64,000 nt of DNA, taken from positions 576,001 to 640,000 of the forward strand of contig OY775910.1 of NCBI GenBank assembly GCA_963675245.1, in the 5' to 3' direction. The position numbers were made by a program, and so were the translations under genes. Each line of letters begins with the position of its first letter. Within the stretch, counting starts at the first letter, position 1. This DNA comes from Acholeplasmataceae bacterium. GTDB lineage: Bacteria > Bacillota_I > Bacilli_A > Acholeplasmatales > Acholeplasmataceae. This document shows positions 11,297 to 23,378 of the stretch, one piece after another. Below the pieces are notes generated by a model. It was not told the DNA's origin. It saw only the letters and a list, made by a program, of their open reading frames with translations, and did not search any database.

Positions 11297-12574
11297 TTAA
11301 TTAATCCCTTTAAGTGAATGTGTTTTTTGTTTTGCTCCTTTGCCAATATCTTTTCTATAAACTAAATGTTGGCAGTTGATTTTTGACACTTTGTCATATA
11401 CCATTTGTTTTACTTCTTCAAATGTTGTCGCTTCACCTTTCACAAACAACACACGACCCCCATGAGTCACGAATTGATCACCATCTTTTTTGATACCCAT
11501 ATGAAGATATGAATCATCTTTAAGATCATTATCTATGACATATCCTTTTTCATAGACACCAGGATAACCCTTGGATGCCATAACAACACCAAAGTGAATA
11601 AGATCATCAAACATTAATGGCTTGACATGTCCATTCACTAAATGAATCATTGTTTCTAAAAAATCAGATGTTACTTTTGCTAAAATAACTTCTGTTTCAG
11701 GATCTCCTAACCTTGCATTGAATTCAATTACTTTCGGTCCTTCATCAGTTAAGATTAACCCTGCATATAAAAAACCTTGATAAGTGATACCTTCTTGTTT
11801 TAATCCATCTAATGTCGGTTTTAATATAGACTCAATCACTTGTTTTTCGATTTCTTTTGTAACAAATTCAACAGGTGATATAGAACCCATTCCTCCTGTG
11901 TTTGGTCCTCGATCACCATCAAGTAAACGTTTATAGTCTTTAGACACGGGTAATGGAATGATGTCATTATGATGAATTAAAGAGATAAAGGAAAACTCTT
12001 CACCTTCCAAATAATCCTCAATAACAACTCTTGCATCACCAAACTTATGATCGTTTAACATATCATCAAGCGCATGAATAGCTTCCTCTTTTGTAAAGGC
12101 GACCACAACCCCTTTACCAGCAGCTAATCCATCATATTTAATAACAATCGGTACACCTCGTTTTAAAACATACGATTTAGCTTGTTCAAAATCAGTGAAT
12201 GATTTAAAGGAAGCTGTTGGAATTTGATACTTTTCCATTAACTCTTTAGCGAATGTTTTAGATGTTTCAATTTTCGCAGCTTCTTTTTTGGGACCAAATA
12301 CAATCACGTCCGTTTCTTCAAATAAATCTGCAACACCATTTTCTAAATATACTTCACTACCTGGAATAATCAAGTCTATAGCGTGCTCAAAAACAAACGT
12401 TTGAAGTGCCTTGTGATCAAGGGGGTCAAGATCAATTCCAATCGCTTCTTGCGCCAATATGGTGCATGTAGAGGTGATATATAGTTTGTTTAGCAGTTTT
12501 GATTTTTTTATTGTTTTTAATAAGGCGTGTTCTCTTCCACCACTGCCTAAAATTAATACATTATATGTTTTCAT
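11297..12574 (-). CDS. purD: Phosphoribosylamine--glycine ligase
   Basis: GSGGREHA, GLAAGKGV, GPNTGGMG and EFNARLGDPE. Confidence 0.97.
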   Translation of the reverse strand: MKTYNVLILGSGGREHALLKTIKKSKLLNKLYITSTCTILAQEAIGIDLDPLDHKALQTFVFEHAIDLIIPGSEVYLENGVADLFEETDVIVFGPKKEAAKIETSKTFAKELMEKYQIPTASFKSFTDFEQAKSYVLKRGVPIVIKYDGLAAGKGVVVAFTKEEAIHALDDMLNDHKFGDARVVIEDYLEGEEFSFISLIHHNDIIPLPVSKDYKRLLDGDRGPNTGGMGSISPVEFVTKEIEKQVIESILKPTLDGLKQEGITYQGFLYAGLILTDEGPKVIEFNARLGDPETEVILAKVTSDFLETMIHLVNGHVKPLMFDDLIHFGVVMASKGYPGVYEKGYVIDNDLKDDSYLHMGIKKDGDQFVTHGGRVLFVKGEATTFEEVKQMVYDKVSKINCQHLVYRKDIGKGAKQKTHSLKGIN

Positions 12575-14109
12575 TAGTGCTTGAAATGCCTATTGTTTGT
12601 GAATACCATTTTTATCCCTAATAGATTACAAGCGTCAATTGAATCTTGATCGCGAATAGATCCACCTGGTTGAATGATTGTCTTCACACCATATTGACTT
12701 GCCATTTTCACAACATCGTCAAAAGGAAAAAATGCATCACTAGATAACGTCAGTTCTTTATGATAACCGTTCTCTTTTGCTTGTTCTAAGGCAATCTGTG
12801 CAGCACCTACTCGATTCATTTGACCGGCACCAACACCTACTGTTTGATTTTTATATGTGACGACGATTGCATTTGATTTAACATGTTTCACGACTTTCCA
12901 AGCAAACATTAAATGTTCAAACTCTTCCTTAGTTGGCACCTCTTTTGTAACAACCGTTAATTCATTTGGTTTTACCATGTACTGGTCTGACTGTTGTAAT
13001 AGTAATCCACCATTTACCTTAACGGTCATATATTCGGGTTTATTTGGTAGGTTTGTATCTAATTTTAGAATTCTTAAATTCTTCTTTTTAGATAACACTG
13101 CAAAAGCATCATCCGTATATGATGGTGCAATCACAATTTCTAAAAACAATTCATTTAGTTTTTCTGCGAGTGGTTTTGTTACTTCTCTATTTAAAGCGAC
13201 AATACCCCCAAATATTGAGACCTTATCACTTTCATATGCTTTTACATATGCCTCTAATAAATTATCTGCAGACCCAATACCACAAGGATTCATATGCTTT
13301 AATGCAACCGCTGTTGGTTCACTAAATTCTTTCAACATATTAATCGCTGCGTTAGCATCTTGAATATTATTATATGAAAGTGGTTTACCATTTAGCATGT
13401 CAGCGTTAAGTAGCGAATAAGGATTCTTTTGGTCTGCATATAATGCTGCATTCTGATGAGGGTTTTCACCATATCTTAACGGTTGCTGAAAATCATATGT
13501 GAGGGTTAAAGATTCTGGAAATTCAATGTCTAGTGACTTTGTTAAATAAGTTGCGATATGGGCATCATATTGCGCTGTCTTTCTAAACACCTTCGCACTT
13601 AATGCTTTTTTGGTTTCTGGCGTTGTATCGCCATATTCTTGAATTTCATGAATAACTTGATCATAATCATTGACATCCGTAACAACCGTAACAAATTTAT
13701 AATTCTTAGCCGCACTTCGAAGCATTGATGGTCCACCAATGTCAATTTGTTCGATGGCTTCATCAAAAGACGTGTCTTCCTTTTTAATGGTTTCTACAAA
13801 AGGATAAAGATTGACACAAACTAAATCAATATAATCAATGCCGTTTTCTTTTACTTCTTTTTGATGTGTTTCATTATCTCTTAACGATAATAGTCCACCA
13901 TGAATAAGCGGGTGTAGGGTTTTAACACGACCATTTAGTATTTCTGGGAATGCTGTAACTTTCGTGATAGACTCTGCTTTTACACCAGCATCTACTAGTG
14001 CTTTTAATGTCCCCCCGGTCGATATAATGTCATAGCCATTTGACACTAACGCTTGTGCAAATGAAACAATCCCTGTTTTGTCTGATACACTGATTAACGC
14101 TCTTTTCAT
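12574..14109 (-). CDS. purH: Bifunctional AICAR formyltransferase/IMP cyclohydrolase
   Basis: RALISVSDKTG, GRVKTLHP, LRYGENPHQ and SDAFFPF. Confidence 0.97.
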   Translation of the reverse strand: MKRALISVSDKTGIVSFAQALVSNGYDIISTGGTLKALVDAGVKAESITKVTAFPEILNGRVKTLHPLIHGGLLSLRDNETHQKEVKENGIDYIDLVCVNLYPFVETIKKEDTSFDEAIEQIDIGGPSMLRSAAKNYKFVTVVTDVNDYDQVIHEIQEYGDTTPETKKALSAKVFRKTAQYDAHIATYLTKSLDIEFPESLTLTYDFQQPLRYGENPHQNAALYADQKNPYSLLNADMLNGKPLSYNNIQDANAAINMLKEFSEPTAVALKHMNPCGIGSADNLLEAYVKAYESDKVSIFGGIVALNREVTKPLAEKLNELFLEIVIAPSYTDDAFAVLSKKKNLRILKLDTNLPNKPEYMTVKVNGGLLLQQSDQYMVKPNELTVVTKEVPTKEEFEHLMFAWKVVKHVKSNAIVVTYKNQTVGVGAGQMNRVGAAQIALEQAKENGYHKELTLSSDAFFPFDDVVKMASQYGVKTIIQPGGSIRDQDSIDACNLLGIKMVFTNNRHFKH

Positions 14110-14681
14110 GATGTCATCTCCTTTAAAATTTGATTGATAATAATTTTGTAATATTGATGTTCAATATGATGAATCGTTTCTTCAACATGCTCTAACGTGG
14201 TTGGATATGTGATAGGAATGGGATGTTGATAAATAATTTTACCAGTGTCAACACCACAATCTACATAATGAATACTAATACCTACTGGAGAAATGCGGTC
14301 TCTATGTTGTCTTATGATCGCATCTTTCCCACGGTATGCAGGTAATAGTGAAGGATGAATGTTGATGATTTTTCCTTCATACGCTTCTAATAAGGTAGGA
14401 CCAATAATTTTCATATATCCCGCTAAAACGATTAAATCAATGTGTGCTTCATTTAAATGTTTAATCACTTGTTTTTCAAAAGATGCTTTATCTGGAAACT
14501 CTTTTAATTCAAAACCGATCGCGTTTAACCCTAACATCTTCGCATGCTTCAATGCTTTAGACATTTTTTTATCTGAAAAGAATAATGCGAGATTCGCATT
14601 AAGTTCATGCTTCTTAATCGCGTGATATATAGCTACAAAATTTGTGCCAGTTCCAGATGCGAATACCGCAATGTTTTTCAT
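14106..14681 (-). CDS. purN: Phosphoribosylglycinamide formyltransferase
   Basis: IAVFASGTGTN, LAGYMKI, NIHPSLLP; ATGA overlap with purM stop. Confidence 0.95.
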   Translation of the reverse strand: MKNIAVFASGTGTNFVAIYHAIKKHELNANLALFFSDKKMSKALKHAKMLGLNAIGFELKEFPDKASFEKQVIKHLNEAHIDLIVLAGYMKIIGPTLLEAYEGKIINIHPSLLPAYRGKDAIIRQHRDRISPVGISIHYVDCGVDTGKIIYQHPIPITYPTTLEHVEETIHHIEHQYYKIIINQILKEMTS

Positions 14682-15706
14682 GAGATTAATTCCCACTGTT
14701 CTGAATGAATAACTTTCCCAATCACACACGGTTCATAATCATATTGATTCAATATTGATAGTGTTTCTGATACATCTTTTTCTTCAATCACAACAACCAT
14801 ACCAATACCCATATTAAAAATATTGTACATTTCATCTTCATCAATATTACCTAGGGATTGCATTAATTTAAATATGGGCTTAACGGGAACTGCCATTTTA
14901 TTGATTGAGAATGAATATCCCGTTTTAAATGCACGTGGTATATTTTCAATAAATCCACCACCAGTAATATGAGCAATACCATGTACTTTAACTTTTGAAA
15001 TTAATTCTAATACACCCTTAACATATATTTTTGTAGGCTTGAGTAGTTCATCTTGTAATGTCGATGATAATTCATCAATATAATCCCCTAATTGATAGTT
15101 GTGGTCTTTAAAGAATATTTTTCGAACGAGACTATATCCATTCGAATGAATACCGGAAGACGAAAGGCCAACAATGATTTGTCCTTCTTTCATGCCTTCA
15201 TTTGAAACCATGTCATCTTTATCAACAACACCGGTGACATATCCTGCTAGATCATAATGATCTTTTTGATACATATCGGGCATTTCAGCAGTTTCACCAC
15301 CAATCAGTGCAGCACCCGCCAAAACGCATCCTTGACTAATGCCCTTTACAATATCTTCCATTTTATTGGGATCGGTATAGCCTAAAGCGACATAATCTAA
15401 AAAGAAGAGTGGTCTCGCACCTGTGGTGATAATGTCATTAACACACATAGCGACTAAATCAATCCCCACGGTATCATGTTTGTTCGCTTCTTGTGCAATG
15501 AGTAATTTCGTACCAACACCATCAGTGCCTGAAACCAATATAGGATGTTTTAAGTGATACTTTCCTAAATCGAATAAACCACCAAAACTACCAATATCGC
15601 TCATGACACCAAGATTATGTGTGGACTTAATATGTTTTTTTATACGCTTTACGGTTTCGTATCCACGTTCAACACTTACACCTGATGCTTCATATTTTTT
15701 AGACAT
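14678..15706 (-). CDS. purM: AIR synthetase
   Basis: GTDGVGTK, GGETAEMP, HITGGG and FNMGIG. Confidence 0.97.
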   Translation of the reverse strand: MSKKYEASGVSVERGYETVKRIKKHIKSTHNLGVMSDIGSFGGLFDLGKYHLKHPILVSGTDGVGTKLLIAQEANKHDTVGIDLVAMCVNDIITTGARPLFFLDYVALGYTDPNKMEDIVKGISQGCVLAGAALIGGETAEMPDMYQKDHYDLAGYVTGVVDKDDMVSNEGMKEGQIIVGLSSSGIHSNGYSLVRKIFFKDHNYQLGDYIDELSSTLQDELLKPTKIYVKGVLELISKVKVHGIAHITGGGFIENIPRAFKTGYSFSINKMAVPVKPIFKLMQSLGNIDEDEMYNIFNMGIGMVVVIEEKDVSETLSILNQYDYEPCVIGKVIHSEQWELIS

Positions 15707-15714
15707 ATATACTC

Positions 15715-17124
15715 CTAAAATTTTCCATCTTTATTTGCGTCTTTAATATTATCGTAAATATAAGTTGGATATTTACCTGTAAAACACGACGTGCACATTT
15801 TTTCTCTACCAATAGATTTTTTTAACCCTGCCATCGATAGATATTCTAATGAGTCCGCACCAATGATCTTTCTTACTTCTTCTTTATGATGATGCGCAGA
15901 GATGAGTTCATCATACGTTGAGATATCAACACCATAAAAACAAGGATGGCTGATTTCTGGTGCAGCTATTCTAAAGTGAACTTCCTTCGCACCAAATTCT
16001 CTTAACATTTCAACAATCTTTCTTGAGGTTGTACCACGTACGATTGAATCATCAACAACCACCACACGTTTTCCTTCAACAATGCCTCTAACTGGTGATA
16101 GCTTCATTTTGACGCCTTTATCTCTCATTGCTTGAGAAGGTTTAATAAACGTTCTACCTACATATTTATTTTTAATTAAACCCATTTCAGCTGGAATCTT
16201 CGCTTCTTCTGCATATCCTAATGCAGCTGATGTCGATGAATCTGGCACCCATACGACAACATCTGCATCCACGTAAGCTTCTCTTGCAAGTTGTCTTCCT
16301 GTTTCTTTTCTGGCTGTGTGCACATTGATACCATCAATATTTGAATCCGGTCTTGAAAAATAGATATATTCCATCGCACACATATTTTGATAAGATTTTT
16401 TAGCAAAAAAATCAGATATCATATGGTTATCTTTATCAATGATTAGAATTTCTCCTGGTTTAATATCTCTAATGAAAGTAGCTCCTATCGTATCAAACGC
16501 ACACGTTTCAGACGACACAACAAAACCACCATTGAGTTTAGCAAGTGATAAAGGTCTTAATGAATTTTTATCCCTCATAATAATAATTTGATCTTTTTCT
16601 ACAACTAAAAATGCAAACGCACCTTCCAATTGATTTAATGCATCTTTAATAGCTTTCATGCGATCTGGTTGCGTATCTCTTTTAATCAAATGTGCAAAGA
16701 TCTCGCTATCGCTTTTTGATTGTAAGATTGAACCGCTTCTTTCTAATCTGATTCTTAATTCTTTGTAATTAACGAGATTGCCGTTATGACATAACCCGAA
16801 GTCTCCTGTATTATGTTGAAACAAAAACGGTTGAACATTGACTAATCCACCCCCACCCGTTGTTGAATAGCGTACATGTCCAATACCTATATTTCCTTTA
16901 AGGTTTGTTAACGTATCGTTTTTAAAAACATCCGTTACCAACCCTTCACCTTTATGATATAAGAGTTCCTCACCATCGCTCACAATCATGCCAGCACCTT
17001 CTTGACCACGATGTTGTAATGCATGTAAGCCGTAATATATGACTTCACTCGCGTTTTCTACATTGATTACGCCAAAAACGCCACACTCTTCATGAAGTTC
17101 ATCATCCATCCAAACTTCTTTCAT
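15715..17124 (-). CDS. purF: Amidophosphoribosyltransferase (propeptide + Fe-S, Bacillus type)
   Basis: EE|CGVFG Ntn cysteine after short propeptide, QHRGQE, VDDSIVRGTT, four conserved Cys. Confidence 0.97.
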   Translation of the reverse strand: MKEVWMDDELHEECGVFGVINVENASEVIYYGLHALQHRGQEGAGMIVSDGEELLYHKGEGLVTDVFKNDTLTNLKGNIGIGHVRYSTTGGGGLVNVQPFLFQHNTGDFGLCHNGNLVNYKELRIRLERSGSILQSKSDSEIFAHLIKRDTQPDRMKAIKDALNQLEGAFAFLVVEKDQIIIMRDKNSLRPLSLAKLNGGFVVSSETCAFDTIGATFIRDIKPGEILIIDKDNHMISDFFAKKSYQNMCAMEYIYFSRPDSNIDGINVHTARKETGRQLAREAYVDADVVVWVPDSSTSAALGYAEEAKIPAEMGLIKNKYVGRTFIKPSQAMRDKGVKMKLSPVRGIVEGKRVVVVDDSIVRGTTSRKIVEMLREFGAKEVHFRIAAPEISHPCFYGVDISTYDELISAHHHKEEVRKIIGADSLEYLSMAGLKKSIGREKMCTSCFTGKYPTYIYDNIKDANKDGKF

Positions 17125-17135
17125 ATAAGAACCTC

Positions 17136-17837
17136 CTATTTAATGCGATTTAAAATCTCAATGTATGCTTCTTCAATACTTCCTAAATCTCTTCTAAAAC
17201 GATCTTTGTCTAATTTTTCTAAAGTATTTTTATCCCATAAGCGACAAGTGTCTGGACTGATTTCATCTGCTAGCAAAATGTTACCTTCAGCATTTTTACC
17301 AAATTCAATCTTGAAATCAACCAATAAAATATCATGCTTAATAAATTCATTTAATAAAATATCGTTTATCTGTTTTGTGTATGCATAGATTTGCTGAAGT
17401 TCTTCATAAGTGCATATACCTAATGCGACAGCGTGATGATCATTAATTAATGGATCATTAAGTTCATCATTTTTATAGCAAATTTCTAATACTGGATATT
17501 GAAGTTTCGTACCTTCTTCGATTTGAAGTCTTTTAGCCATGGATCCTGCTACGACATTTCTAACAATAACTTCTAACGGAATGATATCAACTTTTTGACA
17601 CAATTGACTTCTCTCATCAAGCATTTTAATAAAGTGCGTAGGAATACCTTTCTCACTTAATTTTGAAAACAGTATGTCTGTGATTTTATTGTTCAAAATG
17701 CCTTTGTTTGTAATTCTAGCTTTTTTTACACCATTGAAAGCGGTCGCGTCATCCTTATAATAAATGATGACTTGATTTGGATCTTCAGCTTGATAAACAA
17801 TTTTAGCTTTACCTTCATAAATAAATTCTTTTTTCAT
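17136..17837 (-). CDS. purC: SAICAR synthase
   Basis: YEGKAK, DFKIEFG and [14 protein letters not shown]. Confidence 0.97.
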   Translation of the reverse strand: MKKEFIYEGKAKIVYQAEDPNQVIIYYKDDATAFNGVKKARITNKGILNNKITDILFSKLSEKGIPTHFIKMLDERSQLCQKVDIIPLEVIVRNVVAGSMAKRLQIEEGTKLQYPVLEICYKNDELNDPLINDHHAVALGICTYEELQQIYAYTKQINDILLNEFIKHDILLVDFKIEFGKNAEGNILLADEISPDTCRLWDKNTLEKLDKDRFRRDLGSIEEAYIEILNRIK

Positions 17838-17838
17838 T

Positions 17839-20800
17839 TTATTTTTCCTCGTTTTTGAAATATGCTATCGCATTTCTAAATATTTCTTGTGTTGAAACAT
17901 TAGGTATATTTTGATAAAGGTTTTTGGCATAACGTTCGGAATGTCCCATCTTGCCTAAAATTAATCCATCTTCTGAAATGATACCTTCAATCGCGTAACT
18001 TGAACCATTTGGGTTATATATTGGATCATATGTTGGTTGATTCGATTGATCAACATATTGAAAAGCTATTTGATGTTTCTCTTTTAATGCTCGATACATC
18101 TTTTCATTGATCACGAACTGCCCTTCACCATGACTGACGGGTAATATGTGTGTTTGATTTAAATCAAATCCATTAAGCCAAGGTGATTTAATAGATGATA
18201 CTTTGGTTTTAACCAATTTGGATACATGTCTGTTAATCGTGTTTTTAAATAAAATAGGATCGTCTTCTTTAAGTGCTTTAATTCTGCCATAGGGTAGAAG
18301 TCCTGATTTAACGAGTGCTTGGAACCCATTACAAATACCAATGATTAACTTTTTGTCATCAAGAAATTGATGAATGGCATGTTTTACTTTGTCATTCCTT
18401 AAAATAGTCGCGATAAATTTCCCGCTTCCATCTGGTTCGTCTCCACTACTAAATCCGCCACTAAACATAATGATGTGTGATTCATGAATTAATTTCACTA
18501 GTTCATTCGTTGACGCAATAATATCTTGTTCGCTTTGATTGTTAAATACAAATGTGTGTGTTTTAGCACCTACACGTTCAAATGATGATGCACTATCATA
18601 TTCACAGTTTGTTCCCGGAAAAACAGGTAATAAAACTTTTACTTTTTCTACTGGTTTACCGTAATGATATACATCTTTATCCATTATTTTATCTTCATCA
18701 GTCAAATGACGTTCGTCATGATGTTGTATCGGATAAATTGTTTTAAATGTATGACGATTCCAATCTAGGGCTTGTTCAATAGCTATTTCTACATTATTTA
18801 TTTTAATGGTGTTATCGTTCGTTGTTTTCCCTAAATAATTCGCGTTCGGTAAATCCAATAATTCAGAAGATTCAACAACGATTGATCCATAACTGTAGGC
18901 AAATATATTTTCACTTGTTTGAATATCAATACCGATATGATTACCAAACGTTGACTTGATGAGTCCTTCACTTAAACCACCATATTCTAAAGCAATCGCG
19001 CTACGTATTTTGTGTGCACGATTTAATGAGATGATTGATTCAAAATTATTTTTAAGTTCATCAACATTAATTTCATATTCATTATTTAAGTGATGTTTAA
19101 ATAAATAGAGATAGCTATCTTTATCCTTAAACTCTGGTGAAATCACGTGACCGACATCCATCGTCGAAACAGCAAATGAAATCAAAGTCGGAGGTACATG
19201 TAAATTCTGATAACTCCCACTCATTGAATCTTTTCCACCGATGGCTGCGAGTCCAAATGCTTTCAATGTTTTATAGGCACCTAATAAACTCGCCATCGGT
19301 TTAGACCACTTTGTTTCATCGCTCATCTTTTCAAAATACTCTTGAAAAGAAAAACGAATGTTTTTATAATCACCACCGGTTGCAACAATTTTAGACATTG
19401 ATTCTACAATAGCTAACATAGATCCATGGTAAGGACTCCAGGATGATATATAGGGATTAAAACCATAAGCGAGTATGCTCGCGGTTGTCGTATCTTGGTC
19501 AAGTGTTGGAATTAAGTGAATACTTGATTGTGCCTTAGTTAACTGGTATTTCCCGCCATAAGGCGCTAAAACAGTAGTCTTACCAATCGTTGAATCAAAC
19601 ATTTCAACCAAACCTTGCATGTCAGATATATTCAAATCCTTCAAATGTTTTTCTATATCAATGATAGATTCTTGATAGGATTCATTCTTGTGAAATAGTT
19701 TCTTTGCAATTGGCTTAAAATGTACATTCGTTGTTTGTCTAACACCCGATGTATCAATAAATTCACGGTCAATATCACAAATAATTTTATCTTGCCAGAC
19801 CATTTTTAAACGCGCTTCTTTTGTAACTTTAGCAACAACGACTGCTTCAATATTTTCATCGTGACATAACTTAATAAATAATGCACTATCCTCGCAACTG
19901 ACAACAACTGCCATCCGCTCTTGACTTTCAGAAATAGCTAATTCTGTACCATTAATACCTTTATACTTAACAGGCACTTTATCCAAGTCAATGAGTAACC
20001 CTGGTGCCAATTCACCTATCGCGACACTAACACCACCCGCACCAAAGTCATTAGATTTTTTAATTAACTTAGTAACTTCAGGATTTCTAAACAAACGTTG
20101 AATTTTACGTTCTTCTGGTGCATTTCCTTTTTGAACCTCTGAGTAAGATGTTCTGAGTGATTCTTTGTTGTGAGACTTAGATGAACCCGTGGCACCACCA
20201 ATACCATCTCTTCCTGTTCTACCACCTAACAAAATGATTTCATCTCCAGGTAATGGTGATAATCTTTTTACATGACTTTCTTTAGCAGCTGCTACAACTA
20301 CCCCAACTTCCATGCGCTTTGCCATATAACCTTTATGAAATATTTCTTTGACATAACTTGTAGCTAAACCAATTTGATTACCATAAGATGAATAACCGTG
20401 TGCGGCTTTTTTAGAAATCGTTCTTTGTGGTAATTTATTAACCATTGTTTCTTGAATTGGTGTTGTAATATCTGCAGCACCTGTAATTCTCATAGCTTGA
20501 TAAACATAACTTCTACCACTAAGCGGATCTCTTATAGCGCCACCGATACACGTGGATGCGCCACCAAATGGCTCTATTTCAGTTGGATGATTATGTGTTT
20601 CGTTTTTAAACATCAACAACCATTTTTCAGTACCTTTTGGCGTTTTAACATCTATTCTAATACTTGAAGCATTGATCTCTTCAGATATTTCTAAATCATC
20701 TAAATGGTGATTCTTTAATTCATATTTTGCATTAATGGTTGCTAAATCCATGAGTGTTTGTGGTTTATTTTCTCTATGTAAATATCTTCTTGTCTCTACA

Positions 20801-21537
20801 TAATCTAGATAAGCATTTTTAATACCTTGTGATAATTGATCTTCTGAAAACACAATATTTTTTAAATGTGTTTCAAATGTTGTGTGACGACAATGATCAG
20901 ACCAATATGTGTCCAATACACGAATTTCAGTTTCATATGGGTTTCTTTTTTCTTGATGTTTAAAATAGTCTTGTACAAAATAAAAATCCTCAATATTCAT
21001 TGCTAAAGATAATGACTGATATAGTTCACTCAAATCTTCTCGTTCGATAAATCCATCCATGACCCCCGTCATTTCTTGGTAATCGACATGGTGCATCTCA
21101 AATATTGAAAGATCTTTTTCTCGCGCTTCTATACGGTTGATTAAATATGTCTTAATAGATTGTAATAAATTATCATCAATTTCTTGATTGAAACATAGCG
21201 TTTCAAAGCTATATATGAGTGGCTTTTCATTTGGATTAATAAGCTGAATACTCTGGATGGCAGAATCAGCGCGTTGATCAAATTGCCCAGGTAAGAATTC
21301 AATGGACAATGTATTTTCAAATGAATTTAATTCAACAAATTTATCTTTATTGGGTTCACTAAAAACTGTGTATAAGGATCTTTCTAAAGTTTCTTTGCTG
21401 ATGTCAAAACAATCATATCCAATCAAATACCTGAGGTCGGGTATTTGAATATGAAAGTTCTCTTCTAATTCACGAAGAAGTTCTAATCGCTCAATATCAA
21501 AATGTTCTCTTCTCTCGATAAACAGTCTCTTTTTCAA
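17839..21537 (-). CDS. purL: Phosphoribosylformylglycinamidine synthase, large fused form
   Basis: WSDHCRH, ETHNHPT, C-terminal glutaminase GICNGFQ and MGHSER; 1232 aa. Confidence 0.96.
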   Translation of the reverse strand: MKKRLFIERREHFDIERLELLRELEENFHIQIPDLRYLIGYDCFDISKETLERSLYTVFSEPNKDKFVELNSFENTLSIEFLPGQFDQRADSAIQSIQLINPNEKPLIYSFETLCFNQEIDDNLLQSIKTYLINRIEAREKDLSIFEMHHVDYQEMTGVMDGFIEREDLSELYQSLSLAMNIEDFYFVQDYFKHQEKRNPYETEIRVLDTYWSDHCRHTTFETHLKNIVFSEDQLSQGIKNAYLDYVETRRYLHRENKPQTLMDLATINAKYELKNHHLDDLEISEEINASSIRIDVKTPKGTEKWLLMFKNETHNHPTEIEPFGGASTCIGGAIRDPLSGRSYVYQAMRITGAADITTPIQETMVNKLPQRTISKKAAHGYSSYGNQIGLATSYVKEIFHKGYMAKRMEVGVVVAAAKESHVKRLSPLPGDEIILLGGRTGRDGIGGATGSSKSHNKESLRTSYSEVQKGNAPEERKIQRLFRNPEVTKLIKKSNDFGAGGVSVAIGELAPGLLIDLDKVPVKYKGINGTELAISESQERMAVVVSCEDSALFIKLCHDENIEAVVVAKVTKEARLKMVWQDKIICDIDREFIDTSGVRQTTNVHFKPIAKKLFHKNESYQESIIDIEKHLKDLNISDMQGLVEMFDSTIGKTTVLAPYGGKYQLTKAQSSIHLIPTLDQDTTTASILAYGFNPYISSWSPYHGSMLAIVESMSKIVATGGDYKNIRFSFQEYFEKMSDETKWSKPMASLLGAYKTLKAFGLAAIGGKDSMSGSYQNLHVPPTLISFAVSTMDVGHVISPEFKDKDSYLYLFKHHLNNEYEINVDELKNNFESIISLNRAHKIRSAIALEYGGLSEGLIKSTFGNHIGIDIQTSENIFAYSYGSIVVESSELLDLPNANYLGKTTNDNTIKINNVEIAIEQALDWNRHTFKTIYPIQHHDERHLTDEDKIMDKDVYHYGKPVEKVKVLLPVFPGTNCEYDSASSFERVGAKTHTFVFNNQSEQDIIASTNELVKLIHESHIIMFSGGFSSGDEPDGSGKFIATILRNDKVKHAIHQFLDDKKLIIGICNGFQALVKSGLLPYGRIKALKEDDPILFKNTINRHVSKLVKTKVSSIKSPWLNGFDLNQTHILPVSHGEGQFVINEKMYRALKEKHQIAFQYVDQSNQPTYDPIYNPNGSSYAIEGIISEDGLILGKMGHSERYAKNLYQNIPNVSTQEIFRNAIAYFKNEEK

Positions 21538-22589
21538 AGTTCTTCTCCAGTTATTTCCGCTAGTATTTTTTTGTAGTTCTTTCCTACAATGGTAAGATGT
21601 CCCATCTTACGATCAGGTCTTGGTTCACGTTTGTTATACATATGGATATAGATGTTTGGCACATCTTTATATTGTTCAATCAGATGAAGATTTTTTCCTA
21701 AAATATTGACCATTGCACAAGTCTCTTTTAATTTAGGTTCAATGACATGTTGATTTGTGATGGCTAAAATGTGGTTATCGAATTGACTGACTTGACAACC
21801 TTCAATACTATAATGACCGCTATTATGTGGTCTCGGGGCAAACTCATTAAATAACACTTGACTACCAACAATAAAAAATTCAACTGCCAATGTTCCTACA
21901 TAAGAGAGACTATTTACAATTCTTTTCGCATAATCTTTCGCTTGATTTTGAATCTCTTCAGGAATAAGATCATCGATGATGGAAACAAATAAAATACCAT
22001 TTTTGTGTATATTTCTTGGTACTGGAAAATAAGCAATATGACCAAACTGATCTCTCGTTAAAATAATAGATATTTCATAATCAAAATGAATCATTTCTTC
22101 TTTGATATATTCTTTTTGATTCAGATCTTTCACATGTAATAAATCCTCTTTTGCACGAATAACAAACTGGCCATGCCCATCGTAGCCAAGTGTTGTTGTT
22201 TTAAGAATAAACGGATATTGATAAACTTGATCATGTCTAAATATCTCATATGCTGGTGTAGGTATATTTAACTCGCTTGCGAATTCTTTTTCAGTATGAC
22301 GATGTCTAGATATTTCTAATGCTTTCGTCTTTTGGGGTATTTTATCCACATAAGCATGTACCCAATCAAGACTGACGTTTTCAAACTCATATGTGAGTAC
22401 ATCACATGATTCATAAAGTCTTTGATATCCCACTTGTTTAGAAAACCCATGATGAAATAGTTTTTCACAATAAGGTTTGATAGGTGCTTGATCAGTTGTG
22501 TCTAACGCGTATACGATATGATGTCTTTTTATGGCACTTTCTGCCATCATCATTCCTAGTTGTCCACCACCTAATATGCCAATCTTCAT
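21534..22589 (-). CDS. purK: N5-CAIR synthase
   Basis: GILGGGQLG, GYDGHGQ, NEFAPRPHNSGH and RKMGH. Confidence 0.96.
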   Translation of the reverse strand: MKIGILGGGQLGMMMAESAIKRHHIVYALDTTDQAPIKPYCEKLFHHGFSKQVGYQRLYESCDVLTYEFENVSLDWVHAYVDKIPQKTKALEISRHRHTEKEFASELNIPTPAYEIFRHDQVYQYPFILKTTTLGYDGHGQFVIRAKEDLLHVKDLNQKEYIKEEMIHFDYEISIILTRDQFGHIAYFPVPRNIHKNGILFVSIIDDLIPEEIQNQAKDYAKRIVNSLSYVGTLAVEFFIVGSQVLFNEFAPRPHNSGHYSIEGCQVSQFDNHILAITNQHVIEPKLKETCAMVNILGKNLHLIEQYKDVPNIYIHMYNKREPRPDRKMGHLTIVGKNYKKILAEITGEEL

Positions 22590-22590
22590 A

Positions 22591-23064
22591 CTATTTCAAC
22601 TCACTGTTATGTAAGACGTTTTGGGTTTGATTCGCCATAAATTTATCTAGTTTTTCTGCAATGTCAATATCCTTTATAGCAAGTATACGAACAGCAAATA
22701 AAGCAGCATTTTTTGCGCCATTAATCGCCATTGAAGCTACCGGAATACCAGGAGGCATCTGAGCGATTGATAATAAAGAATCTATACCATCTAATGATTT
22801 TGTTTTAATCGGAACACCAATAACAGGTAACGATGTCATTGAAGCTACCATACCGGGAAGATGTGCAGCACCACCAGCACCAGCAATGATGACTTCTATT
22901 TGTCGTTGTTTCGCTTCTTCTGCGTAATCATACAGAAGTTTGGGTGTACGATGTGCACTCACAACTTTCTTTTCATATGCAATACCAAATTCATCTAACA
23001 TATCACAAGCAGCTTTCATAACATCCCAATCACTTGTTGATCCCATAATGACTCCAACGCGCAT
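22591..23064 (-). CDS. purE: N5-CAIR mutase
   Basis: [32 protein letters not shown] before ATG 23064. Confidence 0.97.
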   Translation of the reverse strand: MRVGVIMGSTSDWDVMKAACDMLDEFGIAYEKKVVSAHRTPKLLYDYAEEAKQRQIEVIIAGAGGAAHLPGMVASMTSLPVIGVPIKTKSLDGIDSLLSIAQMPPGIPVASMAINGAKNAALFAVRILAIKDIDIAEKLDKFMANQTQNVLHNSELK

Positions 23065-23090
23065 GATAATCTCCTTTTTTAACCCCTTTA

Positions 23091-23136
23091 AAAATAAAAA
23101 AATGGGTTTCTTTGACGAACGCAAAGAAACCCATTT
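23091..23136 (-). terminator. Riboswitch expression-platform terminator
   Basis: AAATGGGTTTCTTTG-loop-CAAAGAAACCCATTT followed by U-tract on minus strand; competing antiterminator GAGACCC/GGGTTTC. Confidence 0.9.
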
Positions 23137-23151
23137 ATATGTGGGGTCTCT

Positions 23152-23220
23152 GAACGTAGTCCTAACATTTACGGTATTAGGGTAGAAACTTGCTCACCAT
23201 ATCAGAGCTATTATACGTCT
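23152..23220 (-). ncRNA. Purine (guanine-sensing) riboswitch
   Basis: Minus strand AGACGTATAATAGCTCTGATATGGTGAGCAAGTTTCTACCCTAATACCGTAAATGTTAGGACTACGTTC: UAUAA, GAUAUGG loop, GUUUCUACC, CCGUAAA loop, and GAC with the specificity C; directly upstream of purE. Confidence 0.95.
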
Positions 23221-23228
23221 ACGCATAA

Positions 23229-23257
23229 ATCATAACATATAACATGTCATGTATCAA
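23229..23257 (-). promoter_or_regulatory. pur operon promoter
   Basis: Minus strand TTGATA-N17-TATGAT with TGn extension, just upstream of the riboswitch. Confidence 0.75.
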
Positions 23258-23378
23258 TATGAAATCGTTATTACTGCTATATATTTTTTAATATATAGCG
23301 TTATATTTATGCTATGAATTTTTGTGATTAATTAACTTCTCGCTTTAATTTATTAACATTTAATCTCCGGATTTATTA

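Noticed and set aside
23065..23124. N-terminal extension of purE in the ORF track
   Set aside because: It overlaps the riboswitch terminator; the SD supports ATG 23064
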